Source: the human T2T-CHM13v2.0 reference genome, Homo sapiens
Length of the DNA stretch: 64,000 nucleotides
Strand: one strand, 5' to 3'
Assembly: GCF_009914755.1 (NCBI RefSeq)
Contig: NC_060932.1
Of the stretch, positions 1-13,218 are shown in pieces; position 1 is the stretch's first letter, and the number at the start of each line of letters is the position of its first letter. The notes below the pieces were generated by a model, which was not told the DNA's origin, made no database searches, and worked only from the letters and a program-made list of their open reading frames with translations. A program made the translations under genes and the position numbers.

Positions 1-294
<294 letters not shown>

Positions 295-764
295 AAACTA
301 CTCTTTTTTTTCTAGTATTAAGGTGACAGAATTATATCTAGTAATTTTGTGATTAATGAAGTGGATGAACTAATGAAGAGTTGGGGTTATACGTTTACAG
401 TGTAAAAGACAGCACATAGGAATTGACTCATTATTTTCATTCTTACTGGGCTGGCTGGCCATAGATTCAGAACATGTGTACTCATAACTGTTTATTATGT
501 TAAAATATTCTGATTTGACTTTTGCAGTTATGGACCAGCATTTCCATCTTTTACTGGCCTGAAATAATATAATAAAATCTTTAAGCCACCATAAGATATC
601 TAAGGAAAATAACTGTATGTGGTTTAAAGAGTAAGTTGTATATACTTTTGCTTATTAACTAGGATCTTATACATGGGTCTTGAGATTGAACAGAAAATAA
701 GATATCTTTGGTGATATCAAATAATCAGTTAATAATATGGGAAGGGGATAATAATTCCTTCTGA

Positions 765-1096
<332 letters not shown>

Positions 1097-1519
1097 TATT
1101 GGCTAGCTTTATCTTCAGTTAGGTTGTGTTTTCAAAGAAAGGAAAACAGGGCAACTGTGTTCATTTTCTAAACCCTTGCCTTTCCTACTGTATCTAATCC
1201 TTTTTCTCTCCTTATCTCCAATCTAAATAATGTCTAGAGAAATATGTTGCAAAGGTGGGTTAAGTATACAAAATTTTCCATTATGTTTTATCCCTGTTGT
1301 TTCTGTTGTTTCTGAGGGCTTGTGTTTGTTAACCTCAGCTTGTGTTTTCATCTTTGTTTTCTTATTTCATGTTATCTTCGGATGATGATGGAAGTCAGGG
1401 TCTGATAGCAGATTAAATATGGCACTAGAGCCTTAGTGCCATATTTAAAGTAACTGCTTTTATGAAATTAATATAATTGCTTTAATTCCTCATAACGTTT
1501 TTTGTGAATTCCTTTTTAG

Positions 1520-1660
1520 CTGTCAGCTGCTAGTGTGGGTAACTGTCCCACCAAAAAATATATGCCAGCTGTTACTTCAACCCCAACTGTTAATCAACAC
1601 GAGACCAGTACAAGCAAATCTGTTTTTGAGCCTGAAGATTCTTCAATAGTAGATAATGAG
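1520..1660 (+). CDS. PCM1: PCM1 coding exon (~16), LSAASVGN...IVDNE, 141 nt, phase 0-0
   Basis: ccttttTAG acceptor, GAG|gtattg donor, open frame joining the next exon. Confidence 0.93.
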
Positions 1661-2104
1661 GTATTGTAAATTGTACTCTCTTGTTCCTGAGTTAGTCTTT
1701 TGTTTTCCTTTTTTTTTCTTCAATAAGGCACATCTCAAGAAAGGAAACTGAATATCCTTGAAACATGTTTGTAAATAGTAGTCTGCTTTGTGCCTTTTTT
1801 AGTAGACACAAAAATGTAATAGATTATAATAATATAAGAAAGATAAAACATTTTAATTTTTAAACTTTAATTGAAAAGTTTTAAATAATTTTTTCTAAAA
1901 AGTAATTATCTTTTAAAAATATCCATGTTCTTTGTTAGTAAATATTTGGCAGAAATATATAGGGGGGTAGTTGCAGCAAATAGTAATCATTTCAGTTAGA
2001 AAGACCTATCCTTTGACATTTTATTTATATGTGGTTTGTAGAAAATATAATTTTTCCTAAATAATTTCTGAAGTATATTTGAGTTCTACTTGTTTCTATT
2101 AATA

Positions 2105-2402
2105 GGCCATGTGCGGTGACTCACACCTATAATCCCAGCACTTTGGGAGGCTGAGGTGGGCAGATCATGAGGTCAGGTATTCAAGACCAGCCTGGTCAAC
2201 GTGGTGAAACCCTATCTCTACTAAAAAATACAAAAAAAATTAGCTAGGTGTAGTGGTGGGCGCCTGTAATCCCAGCTACTCAGGAGGCTGAGGCAGGATA
2301 ATCACTTGAACCTGGGAGGCAGAGGTTGCAGTGAGCCGAGATCACACCACTGCACTCCAGCCCAGATGACAGAGTGAGACTCTGTCTCAAAAAAAAAAAA
2401 AA
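2105..2402 (+). mobile_element. AluS
   Basis: Full dimeric Alu with A tail. Confidence 0.92.
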
Positions 2403-2586
2403 ATTGGCTGATTTTTTTGTAATCATAACTATATTATTATTTTAACCTTCATGGACATGTTAGTGTGAAAAGGAGAGAATGAGAATAGAAACCTTTGTTG
2501 ATACTGACAATACTAGTAGTCTTTTACTCTTTTAGGCTACAGCAAATCCAAATATTTATTTAACTCTGGTTTCTTAAAAAAAATAG

Positions 2587-2777
2587 TTGTGGTCAGAAAT
2601 GAGAAGACATGAAATGTTGAGGGAGGAGCTGCGACAGAGAAGAAAGCAGCTTGAAGCTCTGATGGCTGAACATCAGAGGAGGCAAGGTCTAGCTGAAACT
2701 GCATCTCCAGTGGCTGTGTCATTGAGAAGTGATGGATCTGAGAACCTATGTACTCCTCAGCAAAGTAGAACAGAAAA
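2587..2777 (+). CDS. PCM1: PCM1 coding exon (~17), LWSEMRR...SRTEK, coiled coil, 191 nt
   Basis: ORF 2587..2781; aaatag acceptor; AA|gtaaga donor. Confidence 0.95.
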
Positions 2778-3557
2778 GTAAGAGAGCTGCATAAATCACT
2801 TTTCTAAAAATGTCACCTGCCGAAGATTGACCTGTAGGCTAGGCAGCCACATTTCTCCTCTACATCACAGCACAAATCTGCTATTTCAGTGAGGCTACTG
2901 TTTAACTACCACCTTTGTGACCCAGTTTAATTGAATCCAGCCACTTTCTGTTCTGACTTCTCGTAGCATCAGCTTTCTCTTTTGTCTTAAATTACTATGG
3001 CACTTGATCAAATGGTGATACAGATTTTCTTATGTGTATAAGCCTTATTAGTTAAGTTTATAAAAAGAAAATGCTTGATATTTTGTAGTGCTTTTCTGTC
3101 AGGCCAGAAATAGGCCCTTTTTTGCTTAAATTGAGTATCTGCTGTTTGTAAGGTTCTTAAGGATCTTAAAACATTTTATTATAATCATTTAGTTTTTAGG
3201 ATTTCAGTTTAAAATGTCCATATTTAGAATATTTCTAAAAGAGTTGGTCATCTATAAGATCAGTGAATTATTTAGCTATATAGTAGTAACCATATCAAAA
3301 ATTTTGAAATATAGATTTGTTTATGACCTTCCCTTTTGATATCCTCAGATGGCATTTCTGGAATTTCTGGAGTTTTGCACCAAGCCCTACTCTCTTCTCA
3401 GATGAACTTCTATTCTTGGGGTCCCAATATGCATTTTACTGATCAGACTATATCTACAATATTTTATTCTGTTCTGGGTACTACACGTCTGTTCTTCTAC
3501 AGAGTTCTTCAGATAGTTTTGATGAGCATCTGGTTTCAGAATCATTGGTCTGGATTT

Positions 3558-3753
3558 TTGCTGTCCAGTATGGCAGCCACTAGATATAGGTGGTTATTTA
3601 AATTTCAATCAAATGAAATTAAAAATTTATTTTCTCAGTCATATTAGCTGCATTTTAAGTGCTCAGTAGCCATGTGTACCTAGTGTCTACTGTATTGGAT
3701 AGCACAGATACAGATGATTGCCGTAATTATAGAAAGTTCTGCTGAACTGCACT
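3558..3753. mobile_element. MER3-like hAT-Charlie DNA transposon
   Basis: ctgtccagtatggcagccactag...tactgtattggatagcacag internal palindromic MER3/MER33 motifs. Confidence 0.7.
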
Positions 3754-4053
3754 GATCTTGAAAACTCCCTCAAGCAAATGTTAAGGGTAGTTTAGCTTTG
3801 GGAAGTAGTCCCAGGGGATATGATGATTATTTAAATGTATTTGAAGAATTGTTTTGAGGAAGGCAAACTAAACATATTCTGTATATAACAGCAATAGGGA
3901 GAGTGCCACCCGTAGCATAGTTATTGTGATTAAATGAAATTTTATATACAGACATGTATATGTATGTTTGAAACAATGTCTGGCACATAGTAGGTGGCAG
4001 AGTATTTAACTTATCTCCAGAATGACATCTGTTTTATGTCTCTTAATCACTAG

Positions 4054-4254
4054 AACGATGGCAACTTGGGGAGGGTCTACCCAGTGTGCACTAGATGAAG
4101 AAGGAGATGAAGACGGTTACCTTTCTGAAGGAATTGTTCGGACAGATGAAGAGGAGGAAGAAGAGCAAGATGCCAGTTCCAATGATAACTTTTCTGTGTG
4201 TCCTTCTAACAGTGTGAATCATAACTCCTACAATGGAAAGGAAACTAAAAATAG
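4054..4254 (+). CDS. PCM1: PCM1 coding exon (~18), TMATWGGS...ETKNR, acidic tract, 201 nt
   Basis: Within ORF 4022..4273; cactag acceptor; AG|gttagt donor; phase 2-2. Confidence 0.95.
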
Positions 4255-4299
4255 GTTAGTTTCAGTATTTTAATTTTGTGCTTAATTTAAGAGGCTCAG

Positions 4300-4962
4300 G
4301 TCTTTTTGACTGACAGCAAGCACTTCTGCAGTTCTCCAAGCCAACTGAATGTCCTACAACTCAATTCAATTTTTACACTAACTACTCAGAGTTAGTGCAG
4401 ACCCCTCAAGTTAAGGGGCTCAGTTCAGTAAGACTGCCCTCACCTCAGACTTCAATTTCAACTGCTTGGTCCCCACGTTACCCACACTTCTGTGCAACAT
4501 GGCTAGAAATTTGGGAGTTCTTACAATCCCCTTCAGGTTTATTTGCTAGAACAACTCACGAAATACAGGAAAAGACTTACTTACGTTTCCTCATTTCTTA
4601 TAAAGGATTCTGAACTGCCAAATGGAAGAGGTGTGTTAGGACAGTGTGTGGGTTGGGGAGGTGTGCAGAGCTTCCATGGTTTCCTCTGTGTGTCCCACCC
4701 TCCCCAGCACTTTGATGTGTTCAGTGACCCAGAAGCTGCCTGAATTCTGTTTACGGTTTTTTAGGAGATTTCATTGCTTAAGCGCAATTGATAAAATTGT
4801 TGACTGTTGGTGATTGTTCTCATTAGCAAAAATTCACATCTGGTTGAAAGGGGCTTGTTACGGATAACAAAAGACATTATCACTTGGGAGATTCCAAGGG
4901 TTTTAGGAGCTCTGTGCTAGGAACCAGGCACAAAGAACAGATAGATATTTTATTATACCACA
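4300..4962. mobile_element. MER21-like LTR
   Basis: caattcaatttttacactaactactcagagttagtgcagacccc and aggagctctgtgctaggaacc motifs typical of MER21. Confidence 0.7.
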
Positions 4963-5484
4963 AGAATGTTGTTCCAGTAGATCCAGGTAAACTGGATCAG
5001 TCTTCACTCCTGCTGTTGAGAATTAAGCAAAAATAACAAATTGTAGATAGTGAAAAGAGTCTGCCAACAAAGATGTTATTACATTGTTACTAATAATTAT
5101 AACTGAAAATTTCTTCATGAATAACAGATGGTGAAGTAGATACAGTAGCTCCACTTGATGAAATACTATGTGGTTGAACTTAAAGCGTGAAGAATGGAAA
5201 ACTACTTGTGACATAATAAATATTTTTATTTTGCAGAATACTTAATTATATGGACACTGCTGTGTAAAAACATACATGAAAAAGACTGGAGACTAATGAA
5301 AACTAATAATTGTACAAAGCTAAAGATCTGGACTTCTCCCCCCTCTATATTTTTTAATACTTTGTATGTTCTTTTAATTTAAAACAGAATATTGGCCCAT
5401 AGGCCTGAGTATCAGAGTTTATTGCTGTATTTTAAAAACCAAATTATTATGTATGATGACTTAATGCTTTCAATCTTGTGTTAG

Positions 5485-5704
5485 GTGGAAGAACAATTGC
5501 CCTTTTTCGGCAGATGAAAATTATCGTCCTTTAGCCAAGACAAGGCAACAGAATATCAGCATGCAACGGCAAGAAAACCTTCGTTGGGTGTCAGAGCTCT
5601 CTTACGTAGAAGAGAAAGAACAATGGCAAGAACAAATCAATCAGCTAAAGAAACAGCTTGATTTTAGTGTCAGTATTTGTCAGACTTTGATGCAAGACCA
5701 GCAG
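5485..5704 (+). CDS. PCM1: PCM1 coding exon (~19), WKNNCPF...MQDQQ, 220 nt
   Basis: gttag acceptor; CAG|gtaaaa donor; overlaps ORF 5561..5950. Confidence 0.95.
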
Positions 5705-5813
5705 GTAAAATTTGCTATGAAAGTATATTTTTCGTCTATTTTTATAACTTCTGAAGCAATACAAATTTTTCTCAAGTCATCAGTAACTATTAACAAACAT
5801 TTTCTTTCAATAG

Positions 5814-5959
5814 ACTCTATCTTGTCTGCTACAAACTCTTCTCACGGGTCCTTACAGTGTTATGCCCAGCAATGTTGCATCTCCTCAAGTACACTTCATA
5901 ATGCACCAGTTGAACCAGTGCTATACTCAGCTAACATGGCAACAGAATAATGTTCAGAG
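5814..5959 (+). CDS. PCM1: PCM1 coding exon (~20), TLSCLLQ...NNVQR, 146 nt
   Basis: tttctttcaatag acceptor after a 109-nt intron; AG|gtaatc donor. Confidence 0.94.
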
Positions 5960-6465
5960 GTAATCTGTTTCTTAGAAGTATTGAGACTGTATAAGAGCTA
6001 ACATTGAGCAGAGGTTTTACAGTTAGCTTCTGGGAGAAAAGAGCAAGACCAAATTGCATATTTGGACATTCTCTTTCCCTTGAGAATTTTATAAGTGGTG
6101 ATTTACCTAATGTTTCCTTTTAATACCATGGATTTCTGTTTTTATAAATTTATGTTATTGAATTTTACTTATATTTTGGCAGATTTTATGGTGTGTAAAT
6201 TGTACCACAGTGAAGCTATAAACAAACAAAAAAGTGATTTTCTTACAGTTTTACCGACTGTCGGACAGAAGTACTAAGTTCATTTCTTGTTCCAGAGGGA
6301 AAGTTATTGAATTAAGCCTTATAGAGCAAGCACGTATTTGTTACAGTATCAGAGCAGTTTGTCTGCATGCTTTTGAATCATTTTTTTACATGTATTCTTC
6401 CTGAATGTACTTTATATATATGGCAATATAACTGATTCTTAGATTACTGACTTAAATCTTTGTAG

Positions 6466-6656
6466 GTTGAAACAAATGCTAAATGAACTTATGCGCCAGC
6501 AAAATCAGCATCCAGAAAAACCTGGAGGCAAGGAAAGAGGCAGTAGTGCATCGCACCCTCCTTCTCCCAGTTTATTTTGTCCTTTCAGCTTTCCAACACA
6601 GCCTGTAAATCTCTTCAATATACCTGGATTTACTAACTTTTCATCATTTGCACCAG
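6466..6656 (+). CDS. PCM1: PCM1 coding exon (~21), LKQMLNE...SFAPG, 191 nt
   Basis: tttgtag acceptor; CAG|gtaggt donor; ORF 6467..6664. Confidence 0.95.
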
Positions 6657-6791
6657 GTAGGTGACTTAACCTAAAGAGAAAATAAATAAAAGCAAAGTGT
6701 TTGGAACAACGTAATTTGTCTATTGCCTAGATGTTTTAACATTTTCTTTTGGAGTGGGGTAGGAAATGTTTGCAAAGAAAGTTACAAACTC

Positions 6792-7093
<302 letters not shown>

Positions 7094-7214
7094 TACGTTG
7101 TTCCTTTTAAACCAAACTTTAATAATACGGTTGCTAATGAAATTAAGTAAACTACTTAGGAATGATTGCTTCAACTATTTATTAAGAGGAAAGAGAACCT
7201 GTTCAATGGCTGCT

Positions 7215-8110
7215 GTATACTAGGCACTGTGTAAAACGCTGGGAGAGTAAAGATGAATAAGACAGTGCTCTCCTAAAGGAGTACCATGTCTTGTTAGGGG
7301 GATGCTAATAGACTAAAGGAGAGCACATTTAGCTTAAGCTTTTCTTTGGATGGTTTTTTCTGCACTCATTATGTACCAGACACTATGTAAGTTACTGGGA
7401 TCTAAAGATGAGTGACACTGATCCTTTAAGGAATTCAGGGTCTAGTGAGGATGCTGTTAATGAATGCTTATAGTACAGTGCCACGGGTGCCATAACAGTA
7501 GTGCAAATGCTGGGAAGTGTCAGCAAATCAGTTCCGCCGCCAAAAAAAAAAAAAAGAGTTGATATTTAAGCTAAAGAATGAATAGAATTTATTTCCAGAG
7601 AGATTAGAAATGAAAGGGCTTTCTAATAGAACCACTTAGAGTTATAAAGCAATGAAATAGTACATCACTCAGGGAATTTAGAGGTATTTAAGTGTGGCTA
7701 GTATTTAGGGGAAGAGTAATTGATGTGGTTGAAGAGTGGCAGAGAGATTTTATGATGTGCAAACAAGCTTAGGTTTTATATTGCAGACGAGGGTGCCATT
7801 GAAGGACTTTGAGCAAGGGATAACATGAAATTTATATTTTAGAAAGATTACACTGGTGAAAGTGTTCGGGAGAAGTTGGAGGAAAGGAGTGAAGATTTAG
7901 CTGGTGAACAGAAGGCTGTCATAATAATATGGAAAGAATGATAGCTTGGCCTTAGGCCTTGTCAGTAGGGATCAAGAAAAAGGAGTAACTGAAAGACATT
8001 ATAGTGATAGAGTGAATAAGTTAAGTGACCGATTATATGAGGTGAATCATGAGGAGGAGTTAAAGGTGTTGGCAGGGAATATAGGAGGAGAAAAAAGGTT
8101 GAGAGGGCTT
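7215..8110 (-). mobile_element. L2 LINE fragments
   Basis: taggcactgtg...gatgaataagac, ccattgaaggactttgagcaaggga, ttttagaaagat motifs. Confidence 0.6.
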
Positions 8111-8115
8111 TGTGA

Positions 8116-8210
8116 ATATATATATATATAATCACAATATATATGTACTCAATACTTCTTACATACATATATTACAGTGTTATGCCCAGCAATGTGTATA
8201 TATATGGATG

Positions 8211-8264
<54 letters not shown>

Positions 8265-8270
8265 CACACC
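8116..8270. repeat. Compound (TA)n/(TG)n microsatellite; probably marker D8S261
   Basis: (TG)~16 flanked by TA runs; flanks tatgcccagcaatgtgtat (8181) and ggattttcaagacagtggca (8290-8309) match the D8S261 primers as I recall them. Confidence 0.8.
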
Positions 8271-9062
8271 ACAGTGTTTTTTCTTTATAGGATTTTCAAG
8301 ACAGTGGCATAAAAAATTTAAGAGACTTTTTAGTTCTTGGGTGTCAATTAATATTGGCAGCAAACATCACATGAGTAGACTTTTAAGTAATAAGAAATTG
8401 CAAATGCTCTTCCTTTTTACTAAAATATACTTCATACCCACACCAACTCTATATAAAGGCTCTTCATTCTTCTTAACAGTACAATTTTTGTGAAACCTTC
8501 CCAGTCTCTTTCCCCACACGTTGTTAGTAGCCTCTTGCAAATAGCTCTGATACATAACAGTATTTGGTAAGTATTTAATTATATTCTACTTTCCCAATAA
8601 AAATAGAGTAGAAACAACATAAGCGTAGGAGTCATACAGACCTGAGATCTAATCATCTTTTTCATTTATTAGACGTTTGATTTCTAACCGTATTTGCTCA
8701 CTGGTAAAATGAATGCAGTATCTATTTTATAAGTTACTTGGTTTTAAGTATTAAACCAAGTAACATGTAAAGTGCCTGCAGTAGAGTGTGTCACCCAGTA
8801 ATTGATAAATGTCAGGTACCATTATTTCTAACTTTTAGCTCTTAAGGGAGTGGGGATTATTAATTGTCTTTGACCAATGCCTAAAACATAGTGGCCTAAG
8901 CTGTGAACAGTGATTGGATAAATATTAGCTTTTTTTTTTAATTAACAGTTTTTTGTTTTGGTGGATTTGAATGACATGTTTAATTAAAACTGTCTTTTAA
9001 TTTCATTTTAAAGCTAAAGACATTTATTTATTTTTCTCTTACCCATTGCTTTTACTGATTAG

Positions 9063-9234
9063 GTATGAATTTCAGCCCTTTATTTCCTTCTAATTTTGGA
9101 GATTTTTCTCAGAATATCTCTACACCCAGTGAACAGCAGCAACCCTTAGCCCAGAATTCTTCAGGAAAAACAGAATATATGGCTTTTCCAAAACCTTTTG
9201 AAAGCAGTTCCTCTATTGGAGCAGAGAAACCAAG
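9063..9234 (+). CDS. PCM1: PCM1 coding exon (~22), MNFSPLFP...GAEKPR, 172 nt
   Basis: gattag acceptor; AAG|gtactg donor; phase 1-2 fits neighbours. Confidence 0.94.
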
Positions 9235-10421
9235 GTACTGATTGTAAACAGTCTTTTATTGCTTAAACATTCACTTTTGTGATTACATCTAATTATGTGT
9301 AATTTGAAAACACAACTAGGGAGGACGTTTGTGATGATTTGGCTTGATGATGTTGGAAATATGAAACTTTGACGTATCAGTAGATGAGATGCCAGATACT
9401 TCCTGGTAACCCTGGTACATTAAAAGTTGTTTGGAAGGATGTGGCGTAACTCATAGGATTTGTTTTGTCTCTAATTTGATACCTGTCTTTACGGTTAAAG
9501 CAGTTTGCTGTTCAATGACTTAGGGCTGGAAACTAATATTAACTGCTAGAAGATAGTTGTTAAGTGATGATCCCTTTTTTTGATTCCTAGCTCTTGATTA
9601 GAATCACTTCCTAAAGCCTATTCAAATATAATGTTGAGTACTATTAGATTATAAAAACAACTTTTGTCTCATAAGTTTTGAGGATGCATGGTATTAATGA
9701 TATTTAGGATTTCTTCTGAAACAGAGTTTTTGACTCAGTGTGAAAGGTTGGCTCCGTTGAACCTAGTCTGTCAGATGTATCTCTCTGATTGTCTTTCCTA
9801 CTCCATAAAAATATATATAATTCACATTATATTTCTCTTTAGCTATGTGATTAGGAAGGTCTCAGGCTCTTATATTAGCATTTTGACACTGTTTAATTAC
9901 TGAGTCATTAACTGGGATTTTTTTTTTTTTTTACTCGATTAACCAATAACTCTGAGAATTCCAACTTTGTATTCACCACTAGGAGTGCTATGATTAACAT
10001 CCGTTACTTTGTTGACTCCTTTTTTTTGGTTGTTCTATCTTTTTCCTGTTAAATCTCATGTTGCTCTATAAAGGTATTCTGTTGTCAGAAGCCTAACACA
10101 GTGTTAGTTCACAGTTGCCATTCAGAAATGATTGTTGAATGAATATCCATCACGAGCAGTAAACATTTATTCAAAGCTTCGGTGAATAGACTTTCCTATT
10201 AGAATGTCCCTACTTCATTATTTTCATATAATTGATAGTAAAAAATTACTCTGGTTTTAAATTATTTATATCATTTTTAGGATGGATCTGAATGTCTAAT
10301 ATTATTTTAGATATTTGGCCTACTTCAGATTAGACCTCATTTCCCAAAATCTCAACTATTGTAATTTCATGGAATTAAATGACTAGAGATAAAAAGTCAG
10401 ATAAAATCCTGTAGTCTTATT

Positions 10422-10750
10422 CAGGGGTCAGAAAACTTTTCCTATAAAAGACTAGATAGTATTTTAGGCCTTGCTGGCCATATAGTGTTTATCATAGCCA
10501 TTCATCTGTGACAGTTTTGCACAAGAGCAACCATAGGCAATATGTAAACATGAGTATGGCTGTGTTCTGCAATAACACTTTATTTATGGGCACAGAAATT
10601 TTATTTTCATATAATTTTCATTTGTCACAAACTTTTAACTTTTTTTCTTCCAACTATTTAAGAATATAAAAGCCATTCTTAGCTCTCAGGTCATATGGAA
10701 ACAGGCAGCAGGCTGAATTTGGTCTGTAAGTTACAGGTTTCTAACCCTTG
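10422..10750. mobile_element. MER58B-like hAT DNA transposon
   Basis: caggggtcagaaaactttt start, aataacactttatttatgg core, terminal aacccttg. Confidence 0.75.
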
Positions 10751-11221
10751 TCTTGAGTTAAATCCTGTAGGTCACTGTCTCCCAGACTATTAGGAGCAGT
10801 GTTGTTGTTCACGCTAGGTTCTGTGATAAAGTTTTGGACTTGTTGCCCACTACCACTTTTAAGAGATTTATAAAGCACATTGGCATATTAAAAGTTGTGA
10901 GATATTTTACAGACCTGTTTAACTTTGTTTTATGTGTTTTCTCCCCAACCTAGACGACCGATGAGTACCTATTAAATATTAAGGGATGCTAGTGTTCAGC
11001 AGATAAAATTTGAGAAATGACAGTAGACTAATAGAACTACGGACTTAAGGAGTGGAGAAATAAATTGCTAATTGAATGACCAATTGTATTCACCAAATTC
11101 TTGTTCTACTTGAACTGCTTTAGGTGAACACAAATCCATGTATGTTCCCAAGCCCTCTGCTATAGCTCTTTTTGAGCCATTCTTCCAACTTTTGGGTCTT
11201 GTATATCCCATCCTCCCTTGA

Positions 11222-11530
11222 TTTTTCTTTTTGTTGTTTTTTCTAGAGGCAGGGTCTCACTTTGTTACCCAGGCAGGAGTACAGTTGATAACGATCATAG
11301 CTCACTGCCTCCTTGAATTCCTGGGCTCAAGGGATCCTCCTGCCTCAGCCCCCTGAGTGTCTAGGACTGGAGGCACATGCCACTGTGCCTGGCTCATTTT
11401 TAAAATTTTTTTTAGAGACGGGGTCTCACCAACTTGTCTGGGCTGGTCTTGAACTCCTGGGCTCAAGCATTCCTCCTGCCTCCGCCTTCCAAAGTGCTGG
11501 AGTTACAGGCATGAGCCACTGCAGCTAGCC
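11222..11530 (-). mobile_element. AluJ with TSD tgatttttctt
   Basis: Diverged reverse Alu with J-type ctcctgggctcaag motifs. Confidence 0.88.
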
Positions 11531-11814
11531 TGATTTTTCTTTCCCACTGTTTTCCATTGCTAATGCTAGATCTTTGATAAGGAACTTTTGCCAGTAAAAG
11601 TGGTTTAGTGAGATGGGTCCAGAATTAAAACTAATTTACTACCTTAGCTTATGTGATATTTGCATATTTAATGTGTATTTTTGTGAAAACATTTTTATAG
11701 CCTGTTGACAATTTTATTCACCTAAATCTACTCGAGTAGACTATAAATTCAGTGTATTTGGAGTTTTTGTAAACTATAGTTGTTAACTTATAAAAACTTG
11801 TTTTCATTGGTAAG

Positions 11815-12173
11815 GAATAAAAAACTGCCTGAAGAGGAGGTGGAAAGCAGTAGGACACCATGGTTATATGAACAAGAAGGTGAAGTAGAGAAACCATTTA
11901 TCAAGACTGGATTTTCAGTGTCTGTAGAAAAATCTACAAGTAGTAACCGCAAAAATCAATTAGATACAAACGGAAGAAGACGCCAGTTTGATGAAGAATC
12001 ACTGGAAAGCTTTAGCAGTATGCCTGATCCAGTAGATCCAACAACAGTGACTAAAACATTCAAGACAAGAAAAGCGTCTGCACAGGCCAGCCTGGCATCT
12101 AAAGATAAAACTCCCAAGTCAAAAAGTAAGAAGAGGAATTCTACTCAGCTGAAAAGCAGAGTTAAAAACATCA
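11815..12173 (+). CDS. PCM1: PCM1 coding exon (~23), NKKLPEEE...RVKNI, 359 nt
   Basis: ORF 11780..12184; taag acceptor; TCA|gtaagt donor. Confidence 0.95.
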
Positions 12174-12922
12174 GTAAGTGTTGAAATTTGTTGAATGTTG
12201 ATCAGTGTAAATTTTGGTAATCTTACTTTGACATGTTGACATAGATATAGTTTCAGTAAGGCTAGATGTGCAGGTGCTGTTCTAGACTTAGTTGAACAGT
12301 CATTTTTAGTTACCTTTATATATATAATTTTTTTTTACAAAATAATATTCGAAATAGGGTTTAATTTTCTGGATTAATGTTGTAAAACATGGCATTTATT
12401 TTTTGTACTTCTTAAAGCTTCAGTTTTGTAGATTATTGAAAAATTGCCAAATGCCCACGTTTACTATTTTTTTTCTTTTGCTATTGTATCAGATCCTGCA
12501 TCCAACTCTTTGGTCATGACTTTTAGATGGATTCTTGATTGATTAGTTTAAAGAATAGTGGGCTTCTAAATACATTGCAGTTTTTGAATATCATATGATA
12601 AAACCAGTTTTAAAACAGGCTGGCTTAAGTCCTTCTGGAAGTAAACTCATATTTTACTCAGTCTTGCCATTGAATGTCATATTAAAGTTGTTTAAAAAAT
12701 TTTTTTAAAATTTTCTTTATGGTGTTAGTCATACCTCTTACAAAAATAGGTTTTCTGTGATTTTTGAATTATTTACTGAAGTGTAGTACTAGGTTAAAAA
12801 TAGTTTCATTAGCTAAAATCTGCAGTGTTACAGCTGAAGGATATTCTTTTTATGTTTGCAAAGGATGGGCTATGGCCTTGAAAGGTTGTTCTGAGTTTAA
12901 GGAGATAGTATTTGGTGCCTAA

Positions 12923-13218
12923 GGCTAGTTGCGGTGGCTCATGCCTGTAATCCCAGCACTTTGGGAGGCTGAGGCAGGTGGATCACCTGAGAGCAGGAGT
13001 TTGAGACCAGCCTGACCAACATGGTGAAACCCCATCTCTACTAAAAGTACAAAAATTAGCCGGGCATGGTGGGCGTGCCTGTAATCCAGCTACTAAGGAG
13101 GCTGAGACACAAGAATCGCTTGAACCTGGGAGGCAGAGGTTGCAGTGAGCCAACATCATGCCACTGTACTCCCAGCCTGCGTGACAGAGCAAGTCTCTGT
13201 CAGAAAAAAAAAAAAAAA
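12923..13218 (+). mobile_element. AluS
   Basis: Full Alu with A tail. Confidence 0.92.

Noticed and set aside
1380-1406. ATGATGA...CTGA resembling snoRNA C/D boxes
   Set aside because: Boxes are only ~12 nt apart and there is no terminal stem; too short for a snoRNA
5561-5950. 129-aa ORF crossing the 109-nt intron between exons 19 and 20
   Set aside because: Intron read-through shifts the frame in exon 20; at most an intron-retention NMD product
8112-8493. Cys/Val/Tyr/Ile-rich ORFs (also 14100..14414 and 58186..58444)
   Set aside because: Products of dinucleotide microsatellites
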